64,000 nt of DNA, taken from contig NC_057719.1 of assembly GCF_004010195.1 (NCBI RefSeq), forward strand, positions 49,939,713-50,003,712, read 5' to 3'. This DNA is from Chiloscyllium plagiosum (taxonomy: Eukaryota). A model generated the notes under the pieces. It had not been told where the DNA came from. It saw nothing but the letters and a program-made list of their open reading frames with translations, and did no database searches. Shown in pieces: positions 1 through 12,285 of the stretch. The stretch's first letter is position 1. Each line of letters opens with the position of its first letter. A program made the translations under genes and the position numbers.

Positions 1-1072
1 ACAGTGTGGCCTTGAGCTGGGTCAGGGCTGACTGCAGGGAGGGTAGGTGGCAGTGCATGGCTTTGAGCGTGGAGTCGAGGATCAGGAGGGAGAACTTTGG
101 ATTTACTGTAGGTAGTGTTGCCTGGTCAGGTCCATGTACTGAACTGCCTTTGGTGAATAATATTTACTTATTACATTAAAACGTAACAATAAAATGCTAA
201 TACTATATTCCAGATAATCAGACAGTCAAATGTGCAGAAAAAGTACCCATTTAGTGAGGAAGGGGCAGGAGAGGTCAGTCCATCCATGTTAACAGTTGAG
301 CCTCTTTTACACAGGGTCATCTAGCTGATCTCCCAGAAGGAGTGTGCTGAATTCCAGCAATATTGGGAAGATCTGAGACTGCTGACATGGCAACAAGGTC
401 TGTAGTCTGGCTGGTGCAGCTGTTCAAAAGGCTTAAGGAAGGATTATTTTATTGCACTTCTGTTTCTCCTCCTTGCACAAGTTTATTTTTTAACCTATCT
501 TTTGTTTACCTGGTCTGACAGCTTCTGCCAGGCCTCCACAGATGGTGTTTCACCCAGTAAATCATAGGAACGGTCTTGACCCCCATCTCCCTAAGAAGAT
601 CCAAATTAGAAGAACCCATGAGGCCTTCACCTAAATCAGGAGGGTACGTCAATTTTAAGAAAGCCATGCGGTGAAAAACGAGTAGTAAACAGTCACTTTG
701 TACCATCTGATTTCTGATGGACTGAGGGAGTTAAAATCAATTGAAATGTTACTAATTATATTATCTGAAATGTTTAGTATTTGTAATTTTGATAGTCTGT
801 CTTCCTTGACAGTTTTAGGAAGGACATATTAACTGACACACTCGGTAAATTAAATATAAGAAGTGATTGCTGTTATAAATATTAATATACTCAGAAGGGA
901 TTCCATATATCATAGTCAGGGATCTTCTGCCTCCCATGATGTGGCGCAAGAATGTCTAAGTGATTCTTTAACAGAATGCTGGGTCAAATGGTTAATGAAT
1001 CATAATGTGCCTTTTGATGAATATGTTTTAATTTATTGGGTTACTGTTGTTCTTACATCAGCCAATCAAATA

Positions 1073-1415
1073 TTGGCAGCACGGTGACTCAGTGGTTAGC
1101 ACTGCTGCCTCACAGCACCTGGGTTCAATTCCTGCCTTGGGCGACTGTCTGTGTGGAGTTTGCATGTTGTCCCCACGTCTGCATGGATTTCCTCTGGGTG
1201 ATCCAGTTACCCCCTACAATCCAAAGATTTACAGGTTAGGTGAATTGGCCAGGCTAAATTGCCCATTGTGTTCAGGGATGTGTAGGTTAGGTGCATTAGT
1301 CAGGGGAAATGTAAAATAATAAGGTAGGGGCATGGGTCTGGGTGGGTTACTCTTCGGAGGGTCAGTGTGGACTTGGGTCAGATGGCCTGTTTCTACACTG
1401 TAGGGATTCTATGAT
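1073..1415 (+). mobile_element. HE1-type tRNA-derived SINE
   Basis: ggcagcacggtgactcagtggttagc (A box), gggttcaattcc (B box), central gtgtggagtttgca domain, and LINE-like tail ggcctgtttctacactgtagggattctatga. Confidence 0.9.
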
Positions 1416-1679
1416 AGTAATCTAATAAAATGATCTAGACCTCACAGTGCAGCAATCACTTCCAAGAATCAGATTCAACACCAAAGCCTTAATGAACTGT
1501 GACACCTTTTCCAGTACATCTCCAACCCAGGGAGTGAGATAATGGCATTCCTAATAGCAAAGGTGAAGCTTCTTTCCACTTGTTTGACATATGCATTTTC
1601 CAAATATCAGGGGCATCAATCACTGTGCAGAGCATCACTGACTCCAAGCAAATAATTTAATCACGTTTTCTTTGACAAG

Positions 1680-1810
1680 AGTGAGCAACAGAAGGGTTAT
1701 CAAACACAAAACATTGATGCTGTTTTCTCTCCACTGAAGCTGCCAGACCTGACGAGTTTCTCCAGTAATTTCGGTTTTGTTTTAAATTTTCAGCAACCAC
1801 ACTTTTTTTT
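1680..1810 (+). mobile_element. Decayed Penelope-like pseudo-LTR remnant
   Basis: gctgccagacctgacgagtttctccag, similar to the pLTR at 12250-12380. Confidence 0.55.
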
Positions 1811-1896
1811 TTATTATAACAGCAAAGAGTGTATTTTTTAATGACACAAAGCACAGGATCTTACTAATATCTACATATAGCTCTACCTTCCAAAAG

Positions 1897-3210
1897 ACTA
1901 TAAAACCTTCAGATATAGGAACAGAATTAGGCCAGTCAGCTCATCGAGTCTGTCCTGCCATTTAATCATGGATGACATGTTTCTCCACCCATTTTTCTCC
2001 TGTCTTCTTGCCGTAACCCTTGATCTCCTTACAAGTCAAGGACCTATCTATCTCCCTCTCTTAAAGATACTCAATGACTTGGCCTCCACAGCCCTCTGCA
2101 GCAATGAGTCCCACAGATGTACCACCCTCTGGCTGAAGAAATTCCTTCTCATCTCAGTTCTAAAGAGTCGTCCTTTCATTCTGAAGCTGTGCCTTTGGGT
2201 CCTAGTCTCTCCTACTAGTGGAAACATCTTCCCTACGTCCATTCTATCCAGGGCGCTCAGTTTTCTGTAAGTTTTGTTGAGATCCCCTCGCATCCTTCTA
2301 AGCTCCATAGAGTACAGACCCAGAATCCTCAACCATTCCTTGTATGACAGGACCTTTCATTTCCAGGATCATTCTTGTGAACCTCCTCTGGATCCACATC
2401 AAAGCAAGCAAATCCTTCTTTAGATACGGAGTCCAAAATTGCTCACAATATGCCAAGTGTGGTCTGACCAGGGCCTTATACAGTCTCAGCAGTACTTTTC
2501 TGATCATGTGCTCTAGCCCTCTTGAAATGAATGCTAACAGTACATTTGCCTCCCTGCATGTCAACTGAATCTGCATTCTAACCATAAGAGAATTCTGAAC
2601 TAGGATTCCTGAGTTCTTTTGTGCTTCAGACTTCCAATGCCTTTCCCCATTTAATAAATAGTCTACTTCTCTATTCTCCCTACCAAAGTCAATAACCTCA
2701 TATTCTATTCCATCTGCCACTACTTTGCCCACTCTCCTAGCCTCTCTAAGTTCTTCTGCAGCCACAGCGCACAGCTTAGTCAACATTGCCTGACCCATCA
2801 CCTATCCTTGTGGCATCTGTATAGTTAGCAAAAAAGCCCTCCCTTCCTTCATTCAGTTCATTAATGCATATCGTGAATAGTTGTGGTCCCAACAATTACT
2901 CCTGCAGAACTCCACTAGTCACCAGCTGCCATCCTGAAAGGACCCCTTATACCCAGTCTCTGCCTTCTGCCAGTCAGCCAATCCACTCTGCACAGCAGGA
3001 GCTTGCCCCAAACGCCAGGGACTCTTATTTTATTGAGCAGCCTCCTGGGCAGCACCTTGTCAAAGGCCTTCTGAAAATCCAAATAAATCATATCCACTCA
3101 ATGTCCTTTGTCTAACTTGCTCATTACCTTCCCATAGAATTCTAACAGATTTGTCAGGCATGACCACCCCTTGAAAAAGACATTCTGACTCGGCCCTATT
3201 TTACCATGCA
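1897..3210 (-). mobile_element. CR1-clade LINE, 5'-truncated and decayed (RT C-terminus plus 3' end)
   Basis: ORF fragments MIYLDFQKAFDKV, LYKALVRPHLAYCEQFW and RNFFSQRVVHLWDSL, with frameshifts. Confidence 0.9.
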
Positions 3211-3221
3211 TAGTAATCAGA

Positions 3222-4736
3222 GATAGATCATAGAATCGTAGAAACGTACAGCACAGAACAGGCCCTTAGGCCCACAATGTTGTGTCGGGACTTAATCCGA
3301 ATGTGAAATATAGTAACTTAACCTACGCACGCCTCAACTCACTGCTATCCATGTGCATGTTCAGCAGTTGCTTAAATGTCCCCAATGACGCTGCTTCCAC
3401 CACATCAGCTGGCAACGCATTCCATGCATCCACAACTCTCTGCATAAAGAACCTACCTCTGATGTCTTCATTATACCTTCCTCCTCATATCTTCAAACTA
3501 TGATGCCTCGTACCAGTCAATCCTGCCCTGGGGAAAAGTCTCTGGCTATATGACTCTATCTATTCCTCTCATTATCTTGTATACCTTGGTCAGGTCTCCT
3601 CTCTTCCTCCTTCTCTCCAGAGAGAAAAGTCCGAGCTTATTCAGCCTTTCTTCATAAGGCAAACCCTCTAGTCCAGGCAGCATCCTGGTAAACCTTCTTT
3701 GCACTCTCTCCAAAGCCTCCACATCTTTGCTATAGTAGGGCGACCAGAACTGGACACAATATTCCAAGTGTGGTCTCACCAGGGACTTGTAGAGCTGCAG
3801 CAAAACCTCGCGGCTCTTAAACTCGATACCCCTGTCAATGAAAGCCAAAATACCATATGCTTTCTTAACAACCCTATCCACTTGGGTGGCAACTTTGAGG
3901 GATCTATGTACTTGCACACCCAGATCCCTCTGTTCCTCCACACTGCCAAGAATCCTGTCTTTAATCCTATATTCAGCATTTGAGTTCGACCTTCCAAAAT
4001 GCATCACTTCGCATTTATCCAGGTTGAACTCCATCTGCCATTTCTCAGCCCAGCTCTGCATCCTGTCTATGTCATGCTGCAGCCTGCAGTAGCCCTCAAT
4101 ACTATCGATGACACCTCCAACCTCTGTGTTATCTGCAAATTTACTAACCCACCCCTCAACCTCCTCATCCAAGTCATTTATAAAAACTACAAAGAGCTGA
4201 GGCCCAAGAACAGAGCCCTGCGGGACCCCATTCAACACTGACCTCCAGGCAGAATACTTTCCATCTACAACCACTCTCTGCCTTCTGTCAGCCAGCCAAT
4301 TCTGAACCCAGATAGCCAAATTTCCCTATATCCCATACTTCCTGACTTTATGAGTGAACCTACCATGGGGAACCCTATCAAATGCCTTGCTGAAATTCAT
4401 GTACACCACATCCACTGCTCAACAGTCGTCGACCTGTCTTGACACCTCCTCAAAGAACTCAATAAGATTTGTGAGGCATGACCTACCCCTCACAAAGCCA
4501 TGCTGACTGCCTTTAATCACGCTATGCTTTGCCAAATAGTCATAAATCCTATCCCTCAGAATTCTTTCCACAACTTTGATCACCACAGATGTGAGGCTGA
4601 CTGGTCTGTAATTGCCAGGGATTTCCCTATTACCCTTCTTTAAAAGTGGAGCAACATTCACCTCTTTCCAATTCTCCAGTACGACTCCCGTGGAGAGTGA
4701 GGAGGCAAATATCCTCGCCAGCGGCTTAGCAACCTC
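3222..4736 (-). mobile_element. Younger CR1-clade LINE, 5'-truncated; includes the 257-aa RT fragment at 3546-4319
   Basis: GNYRPVSLTS, QHGFVRGRSCLTNL, GVPQGSVLGP, FINDLD, SKFADNT (catalytic FADD appears mutated to FADN) and VRPHLEYCVQFWSP. Confidence 0.95.
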
Positions 4737-5016
4737 TGGGAGTGGGCCACAGTCAGTCTTTGTGGACTGTCCACTCTGTGTAAGTGATAACAACATCCTA
4801 TACAGGAACCACAAGAACCATGAACCAGTCAGTCAATGTACAACTTGAGTAGGGCGATCAGGATTATCGTTTATCATTTTGAGTATGGACATGGGTACCT
4901 ATAACCCTGAACACAGTTAGGATATCTTTACTTTTGGAAAGTTTTAATTTTTTCAAATCATTTAATAATTTTATAATTTTCCAAAATTATTCACAGAAAA
5001 TGACTTGGTTTTCAAA

Positions 5017-6535
5017 TAAGACCATTAGACATAGGAGCAGAAATTAGGCAATTCAGCCCGTTAAGTCTGTTTTTTCATTCGATCATGGCTGATAGATTTT
5101 TCATCCCAATAACCCTGTAACCTTTGATCCCTTTGACAATCAAGAACATACCTATCTCAGTCTTAAATATACTCAATGACCTAGCCTCCAAAGCCTTCTG
5201 TGGCAATGAATTACATAGATTCACCTCTCTCTGACTGAAGATATTTCTCCTTATCCCCATGCTAAAGGGTCTTCCTTTTATTCTAAGGCTGTGGCCTCAG
5301 GTCCTCGTCTCTCCTGCCAATGGAAATATCTTCCCAACATCCACTCTGTCCAGTCCATTCTGTATTCTGTAAATTTCAATTAGATCCCTCCTCATTCTTC
5401 AAAACTCCATCAGATATAGACTCAGAATCCTTAAATGTTCCTCATATGTGAAGCCTTTCATTCCTGGGACCATTCTTGTGAACCTCCCCTGGACTTACTC
5501 CGGGGCCAGTACATCCTTCCTGAGGTATCAGGCCCAAAATTGCTCACAATACTCTAAATGTGGTCTAACCAGAGCTTTATAAAGCCTTATAAATACAGCA
5601 CTGCTTTTGTATTTAAGTCCTCTCAAAATAAATGCCAACATTGTATCTGCCTTCCTAACTACTGATTCAACCTGCAAGTTTACCTTAACAGAATTCTGGA
5701 CTAGAACTCCCAAGTCCCCTTACACTTCAGATTTTTGAATTTTCTCCCCATTTAGAAAATTGTCCATGCCTTTATTCTTCCTACCAAAGTGTCTGACCTC
5801 ATACTTTCCCGCGTTGTATTCCATCTGCCACTTCTTTCCCCAGTCTCCTAACCTGTCCAAATCTTTCTGCAGCCTCACTGCCTCCTCAATGCTACCTGTC
5901 CATCTAACTATCTTTGTATCATCAAACTTAGCCAGAATGCTCTCAGTTCCTTCATCTAGATCATTAACGAATAAAGTGAAAAGTTGTGGTTCCAAAACTG
6001 ACCCTTGTGGAAAACCACTAGTCACCAGCTGCCATCCTGAGAAAGACCCTTTTTACCCCATTCTCTGTTTTCTTCCAGACAGTCAAACTTCTATCCATGC
6101 TAGTACCTTGCATCTAATACCATGGGCCTTATCTTACTCAGCAGTTTCCTGTGCAACATCTTATCAAAGGCCTTCTGGAAGCCCAGTTAGTTAACATCCA
6201 TTGGCTCCCCTTGGTCTAACCTGCTTGTTACCTCCTCAAAGAATTCTTTACAGATTTGTCAGATACAAACCTCCCTTTGATGAAACCAGCTGACTTGTCC
6301 TATTTTACCAAGCACTTCTAAGTATTCAGAAATCTCATCCTTCACAATGGATTCCAAAATCTTACAAACAACTGAGGTCAGGCTAATCAGTCTGTAATTT
6401 CCCAAATTTTGTTTTACTCCCTTCTTAAACTGAGGAGTTACATTCACAATTTTCCAGTCCCCTGGGACCCTCCCTGACTCCAATGATCCCTGAAAGTTTA
6501 CCACTAACCCTTCAGCTATCTCCTTCAGAACTCTG
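5017..6535 (-). mobile_element. CR1-clade LINE, 5'-truncated and decayed
   Basis: GNYRLISLTS, PQGSVLEPQLFTLFVNDLD and VRPHLEYCEQFW fragments. Confidence 0.9.
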
Positions 6536-6540
6536 TTTCC

Positions 6541-6846
6541 TTTAAGATTAGAGTCCCTACAACATGGGACAGGCTCTCTGGCCTAACAAGTTCACACTGA
6601 CCCTCCAAAGAGTAAGCCACCCAGACCAATTTCCCTCTGACTAATGCACCTAACACTATGGGCAATTTAGCATGGCCAATTCACCTGATCTGCACACCTG
6701 TGGACTGTGGGAGGAAACCAGAACACCCAGAGGAAACCCATACGGGTGTGCAAACTCCACACAGACGATTACCCGAGATGGAATCAAACCCAGGTCCCTG
6801 GTGCTATGAGGTAGTAGTGCTAACCACTGAGCCACCATGCCACCTC
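6541..6846 (-). mobile_element. HE1-type SINE
   Basis: Reverse complement of the HE1 head (gtggcatggtggctcagtggttagc), body and tail. Confidence 0.9.
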
Positions 6847-7052
6847 AAAGTTCTAGTCCAGGATTCTCTTAAGATAAACTTGCAGGTTGAGTCAGTAGTT
6901 AGGAAGGCAAATACAATGTTGGCATTTATTGTGTGCAACCAATTTTACCAAAGCCTTGTACTTTTAAATCCTTTTTTGGCAGCTGCTGCCTGAGCAGTAT
7001 GGAACGGAAAGAGTTCTGTCTTATGCTGTCTGGGCTGCTGCATGTCTGTATA

Positions 7053-7220
7053 GGAGAAATTGAGGTCTGCAGATGCTGGAGATCAGAGCTGAAAATGTGT
7101 TGCTGGAAAAGCGCAGCAGGTCAGGCAGCATTCAGGGAAGGGCTTATGCCCGAAACGTCGATTCTCCTGTTCCCTGGATGCTGCCTGACCTGCTGCGCTT
7201 TTCCAGCAACACATTTTCAG
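7053..7220. mobile_element. Palindromic Penelope pLTR-derived mini-insertion
   Basis: Perfect 44-bp inverted arms at 7088-7131 and 7178-7221. Flanking direct repeat catgtctgtata at 7041-7052 and 7221-7232. Confidence 0.85.
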
Positions 7221-7239
7221 CATGTCTGTATATGCATGC

Positions 7240-7510
7240 AGCTTTATAGAAACATTTGTAGATACTGTGATATGGGGAAATGCAGCAGCCAATTTTCACA
7301 CTGCAGGGCTCTACAAATAGCAATGTGATAAATGGCTAGTCGATGTCTTTCTTGCTGGCATTAGCTGAGGAATAAAAATTGGCCAGGGCACTGAGTGTAT
7401 TCTCTTGCTCCTCATTGCATAGTGCGATAAGAGTTTTACATCCATTCTAACAGATAGACAAGGCCTTAGTTTAGCATTCTACCTCAGTAGCAATGTGGTA
7501 TTTTCCCAGA
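7240..7510 (-). mobile_element. Old Deu-domain SINE (SacSINE1/AmnSINE-like), decayed
   Basis: Reverse-complement similarity to the copy at 39125-39450 (gcagccaatttt, agcaatgtgataa, aaattggccagg). Family call from memory of the consensus. Confidence 0.55.
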
Positions 7511-7959
7511 TGACCACTGCTGGCACTTTGTGGCATGTGGTACTGGGTAATGATTGTCTGAGGTGGTTTGTTGCCAATAAGCCTCCATTATTTATACTTT
7601 GTTTTGAACCTTTCCAGTGATTAATGATAGAGGATATACTACCCTGGAGTAATAACAGCGGAAGCACTTTCTGGGATAACGAAAAGGTTTATTGCATGAT
7701 AGCAAAAAGTACAACTACATTTGGTCAGGCATAACTACTCGAACCTTAGGAAGCTGCTATTGATACATATGTTCCCTATAAAAGCTCGAGGAGAATTCCA
7801 TGTCTCCACCCACATATTGTGTTTGACATGTGTGAAAGAACCATTCCCTATAAACATGTTCAGCAATCTAACATTTATTTTATCGAGCTAACTGCTTTGG
7901 TTTATCGGTGATGTTCAAATTCCAGGTTCATTGACAGAGATGTTCCAAGTGTTTGCTCC

Positions 7960-8110
7960 ATGTTTAAGATGCATTTAGATAGACAAGTGAACAGGGATAG
8001 AGGGATGTGTGCCATCTGCAGGCAGATGGAATTAGTTTAGAATGGCATCATGATAGACACAGATATGATGGGCTAAAGGACCTGTTCCTGTGCTGTACTA
8101 TTCTATATTC
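7960..8110 (+). mobile_element. CR1 LINE 3' end fragment
   Basis: tttaagatgcatttagatag...gggctaaaggacctgttcctgtgctgtactattcta tail. Confidence 0.7.
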
Positions 8111-8115
8111 CCAGT

Positions 8116-8430
8116 GGGTGGCACGGTGGTTAGCACTGCTGCCTCACAACGCCAGAGACCTGGATTCAATTCCCGCCTCAGGCAACTGACTGTGTGGAGT
8201 TTGCACATTCTCCCCGTGTCTGCGTGGGTTTCCTCCGGGTGCTCCGGTTTCCTCCCACAGTCCAAAAATGTGCAGGTCAGGTGAATTGGCCATGCTAAAT
8301 TGCCCGTAGTGTTAGGTGCAGGGGTAAATGTACGAGAATGGGTCTGGGTGGGTTGCACTTCGGCGGGTCCGTGTAGACTTGTTGGGCCGAAGGGCCTGTT
8401 TCCACACTGTAAGTAATCTAATCTAATCTA
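8116..8430 (+). mobile_element. Young HE1-type SINE with (AATCT)n tail
   Basis: CpG-rich, very similar to the copy at 35777; ends ...ccacactgtaagtaatctaatctaatcta. Confidence 0.95.
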
Positions 8431-9048
8431 TATTCTATGTACTATGTGCATCTTCATATATGAAAGACATACAAGCCATACTGGTGTCACTGTTTATTTT
8501 ATTAAATTTAGCAAGCAGCCAGCCTTATACACATTGTTTACTGGCAGCTTGACTAAGTTGGCCAGGGAGAATTGCATCAATACAACATTTGGAAAAGCAA
8601 TTAATATTAACGTATAGTAATTACTAAAATTTTGCATCTTTTCTGATTATTCCCTTTGACCCTGATGATGTTGACTTCTGCTCGATTGTGGTTTCAAGGC
8701 AAGCCTTGTCCAAATGGCAAGTGATGGAGTACTTTTGAAATTAGGATGACATCAAATCTGACAGAAGAATGCTGTGGGAGGCTTTACACTCTGACAGTTC
8801 TTTTATATCTCAATGGAAATATAATATTTGTATTACATATTTAGAATTGTGTTTTAAATATTCTTTTGGTGCCATAAGCAATCTGAGTATCTTTCGTTAG
8901 GAGTACGCTCATTATGTCCAGTATCTAAATATACAATAGTCTCATGCATGGTGCTAGTATGCTTTTGCAATCTGAATTAATACTTGTGCCTTTTACCCAT
9001 GCTTTTTTTTAGTTTCATCAATGATGAACCATGACATCACTTAGTAAA

Positions 9049-9370
9049 AGGGCATGGAAGCTCAAAGGTTAGTACTGCTGCCTCACAGTGCCAGGGACCC
9101 GGGTTTGATTCCAGCCTCTGCCAACTGTGCAAACTCCACACAGACATTCTCCCTGTATCTGCGTGGGTTTCTTCTGGGTGCTCCGGTTTCCTCCCACATC
9201 CAAAGATGTGCAGGTTAGGTGAATTGGCCATGCTAAGTTGCCCATAGTGTTCAGGGATGTGTAGGTTAGGTGCATTAGTTAGGGGTAAATATAGGATAAT
9301 GGGGTTGGGGAATGAGTCTGGGGGGTTACTCTCCAGAGGGTTGATGTGGACTTGTTGGACTGAAGGGCCT
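9049..9370 (+). mobile_element. HE1-type SINE carrying an internal 21-nt inversion
   Basis: HE1 head, body and tail; 9126-9146 is the reverse complement of the usual tgtctgtgtggagtttgcaca. Confidence 0.9.
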
Positions 9371-10243
9371 GAATTTGTTTATATGTAATAGTACAGGACA
9401 ATGATTATACCATGCTTCCCCATATCAGTGAATTGTCTTAACTGACCTAATGAAATAACGCCATATTAATGTATTATGCATTCTCCTTCCCAATCTGGTC
9501 TAAGATTATTCATTCTACTTACTGTTTAAACCCTGATGCGTCTCTTATGAACTGTCTAGCTATGTCAGTTTGTAAAAGAATTTCTCAGAGTTTACAGCCA
9601 AAAAGGAACATTGAGCAGAATTTCATTGAGCAGCAATCTGAATGATGTGGGCTCAGGCAAGACAGGTCATAAAAACAAGTGACAAGTACAGTATGGCCCT
9701 TCTCAACGTCAGGACCAAATTGTGCCTCCATTTGTGCTTTTCACAAGTGGCATGGTGAGATTCTCACTAGACAGCAGCAATCGGAATTAATGCATCTTTA
9801 ACATCTTGTTCACAGCTCAACTCGTCTAATTAATAATCAGACTTCCATCTCACTAAACTTGCCAAACGTTGACAAGGTTACCAGAATGAGCATCTGAAAG
9901 ATTCCGAGCTTACTTTTACAATCAGGACTCCCGCCCACCTTCCGAGGACCCCTTCACACACCTCGAACATACTCCATCCACCTGGACACCCCGTACTGGC
10001 CTATTACCCACCCTCGGCAAACTGTCTACACCCCTCCCCCACTCCAACCTCTCACCCTCACAACGCACAGACCTCCACTCCTTCTGCTCCAATCCCACCC
10101 TCACCATCAAGCCAGCAGATAAAGGGGGTGCAGTGGTAGTTTGGCACACTGACCTCTACACTGCTGAAGCCAGATGCCAACTCGGAAACACCTCCTCCTA
10201 CCGCCCCCTCAACCATGACCCCACCCCCCATCACCAAACCATC

Positions 10244-10356
10244 ATTAGATTAGATTAGATTACTTAGTGTGGAAACAGGCCCTTCGGCCCAACAAGTCCA
10301 CACCGACCCGCCGAAGTGCATCCACCCAGACCCATTCCCTACATTTACCGCTGCAC
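10244..10356 (-). mobile_element. 5'-truncated HE1 SINE nested in the Penelope element
   Basis: (ttaga)n tail followed by gtggaaacaggcccttcggcccaacaagtccacaccgacc. The Penelope sequence resumes at about 10439. Confidence 0.9.
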
Positions 10357-12249
10357 ACGGTGTGTGTGAAGGGGTCCTCGGAAGGTGGACAGGAGTCCTG
10401 ATTATAAAAGTAAGCTCGGAATCTGTCAGATGCTCATTTCCCAGACCATACAGAACCTCATCTCCTCAGGAGATCTCCCACCCACAGCTTCCAACCTCAT
10501 AGTCCGAGAAGCCTGCACTGCCCGATTCTAACTCCTTCCCAAGATCCACAAGCCTGACCACCCTGGCCGACCCATTGTCTCAGCATGCTCCTGCCCCACT
10601 GAACTCATCTTCACCTACCTCGATACTGTCCTATCCCCCCTAGTCCAGGAACTGCCCGCATACGTTTGAGACACCACCCACACCATTCACCTCCTCCGAG
10701 ACTTCCATTTCCCCAGCTCCCAATGCCTCATCTTCACCATGGACATCCAATCCCTCTACACCTCCATCCGCCATGACCAGGGCCTCCAAGCCCTCCATTT
10801 CTTCCTCTCCCAACGTCCCCAACAGTATCCTTCTACTGACACTCTCATTCGTTTGGCTGAACTGGTCCTCACCCTTAACAATTTCTCCTTTGAATCCTCC
10901 CACTTTCTCCAGACGAAAGGAGTAGCCATGGGCACATGCATGGGCCCCAGCTATGCATGTCTCTTTGTCGGCTAAGTAGAACAGTCCATCTTCCGTAGTT
11001 ACACCGGCACCACTACCCACCTCTTCCTCTGCTACATTGATGACTGCATCGGCACCACCTCGTGCTCCCGCGAGGAGATTGAGTAGTTCATCAACTTCAC
11101 CAACACACTCACCTTGACCTTAAATTCACTTGGACTATCTCTGACACCTCCCTCCCCTTCCTGAACCTCACTATCTCCATCAATGACGACCGACTTGATA
11201 CTGATATATTTTGCAAACCCACCGACTTGCACAGCTACCTGGATTACATCTATTCCCACCCTACCTCTTGAAAAAATACTATCCTGTATTTCCAATCCCT
11301 CCGCCTCCGCCATATCTGCTCCCAGGAGGACCAGTTCCACCACAGAACACACCAAATGGCCTCCTTCTTTAGAGACCGCAATTCCCTCTTCCAATGCATC
11401 TCATCCACATCCCGCACCTCTGCCCTCAAACCCTACCCATCCAACCATAACAAGGGCAGAACCCTCCCGGTCCTCACCTTCCACCCTACCAACCTTCGCA
11501 TAAACCGTATCATCCGCTGACATTTCTGCCACATCCAAACGGATTCCACTACCAGGGATATATTTCCCTCCTCACCCCTTTCCGCTTTCTGCAAAGACCG
11601 TTCCCTCTGTGACTACCTGGTCAGGTCCAGTGCCACCACCGGAATTGCAAAATGTGCACCCACACCACCCCCCTCATTGCCATCCAAGGCCCCAAAGGAG
11701 CCTTCCACATCCATCTAAGTTTCACCTGCACATCCACCAATGTCATTTATTGTATCAGTTGCTCCCGATGCGGTCTCCTCTACATTGGGGAGACTGGACG
11801 CCTTCTCAAAGAGCGCTTTAGGGAACATCTCCGGGACACCCGCACCAATCAACCCACCGCCCCGTGGCCCAACATTTCAACTCCCCCTCCCATTCTGCCA
11901 AAGACATGCAGATCCTGGGCCTCCTCCATCGCCGCTCCCTCACCACCCGATGCCTGGAGGAAGAACGCCTTATCTTCCGCCTCAGAACACTTCAACCGTA
12001 GGGCATCAATGTGGACCACCAGTTTCCTCATTTCCTCCCCCCCACCCCAGTTCCAACCTTCCAGCTCAGCACCATCCTCAAGACCTGTCCTACCTGCCAA
12101 TCTTCCTTCCCAACTATCCGGTCCACCCTCCTCTCTGACCTATCACCTTCATCCCCACCTCCATCCACCTATTGTACTCTTGGCTTCCTTTGTCCCCAGC
12201 CCCATCCCCCCTCTCATTTATCTCTCCACCCCGGAGGCTCCCTGCCTTC

Positions 12250-12285
12250 ATTCCTGACGAAGGGCTTTTGCCTGAAACATCGGTT
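12250..12285 (+). ncRNA. Minimal hammerhead ribozyme motif in a Penelope pLTR (cleavage triplet altered)
   Basis: CTGACGA-agggc-tttt-gcct-GAAAC-ATC. Minimal hammerheads are an established feature of Penelope-like element pLTRs. Confidence 0.65.

Noticed and set aside
480..760. Exon-like stretch and 66-aa ORF near the window start
   Set aside because: No recognisable protein similarity (not SLC35F4-like as I recall it) and no convincing paired splice sites.
3546..4319. 257-aa reverse-transcriptase ORF as a functional gene
   Set aside because: It is a fragment of a 5'-truncated CR1 with a FADN catalytic motif and frameshifts on both sides.
8116..8190. tRNA genes
   Set aside because: The A/B-box sequences are SINE heads that continue into SINE bodies and tails; I saw no complete cloverleaf.
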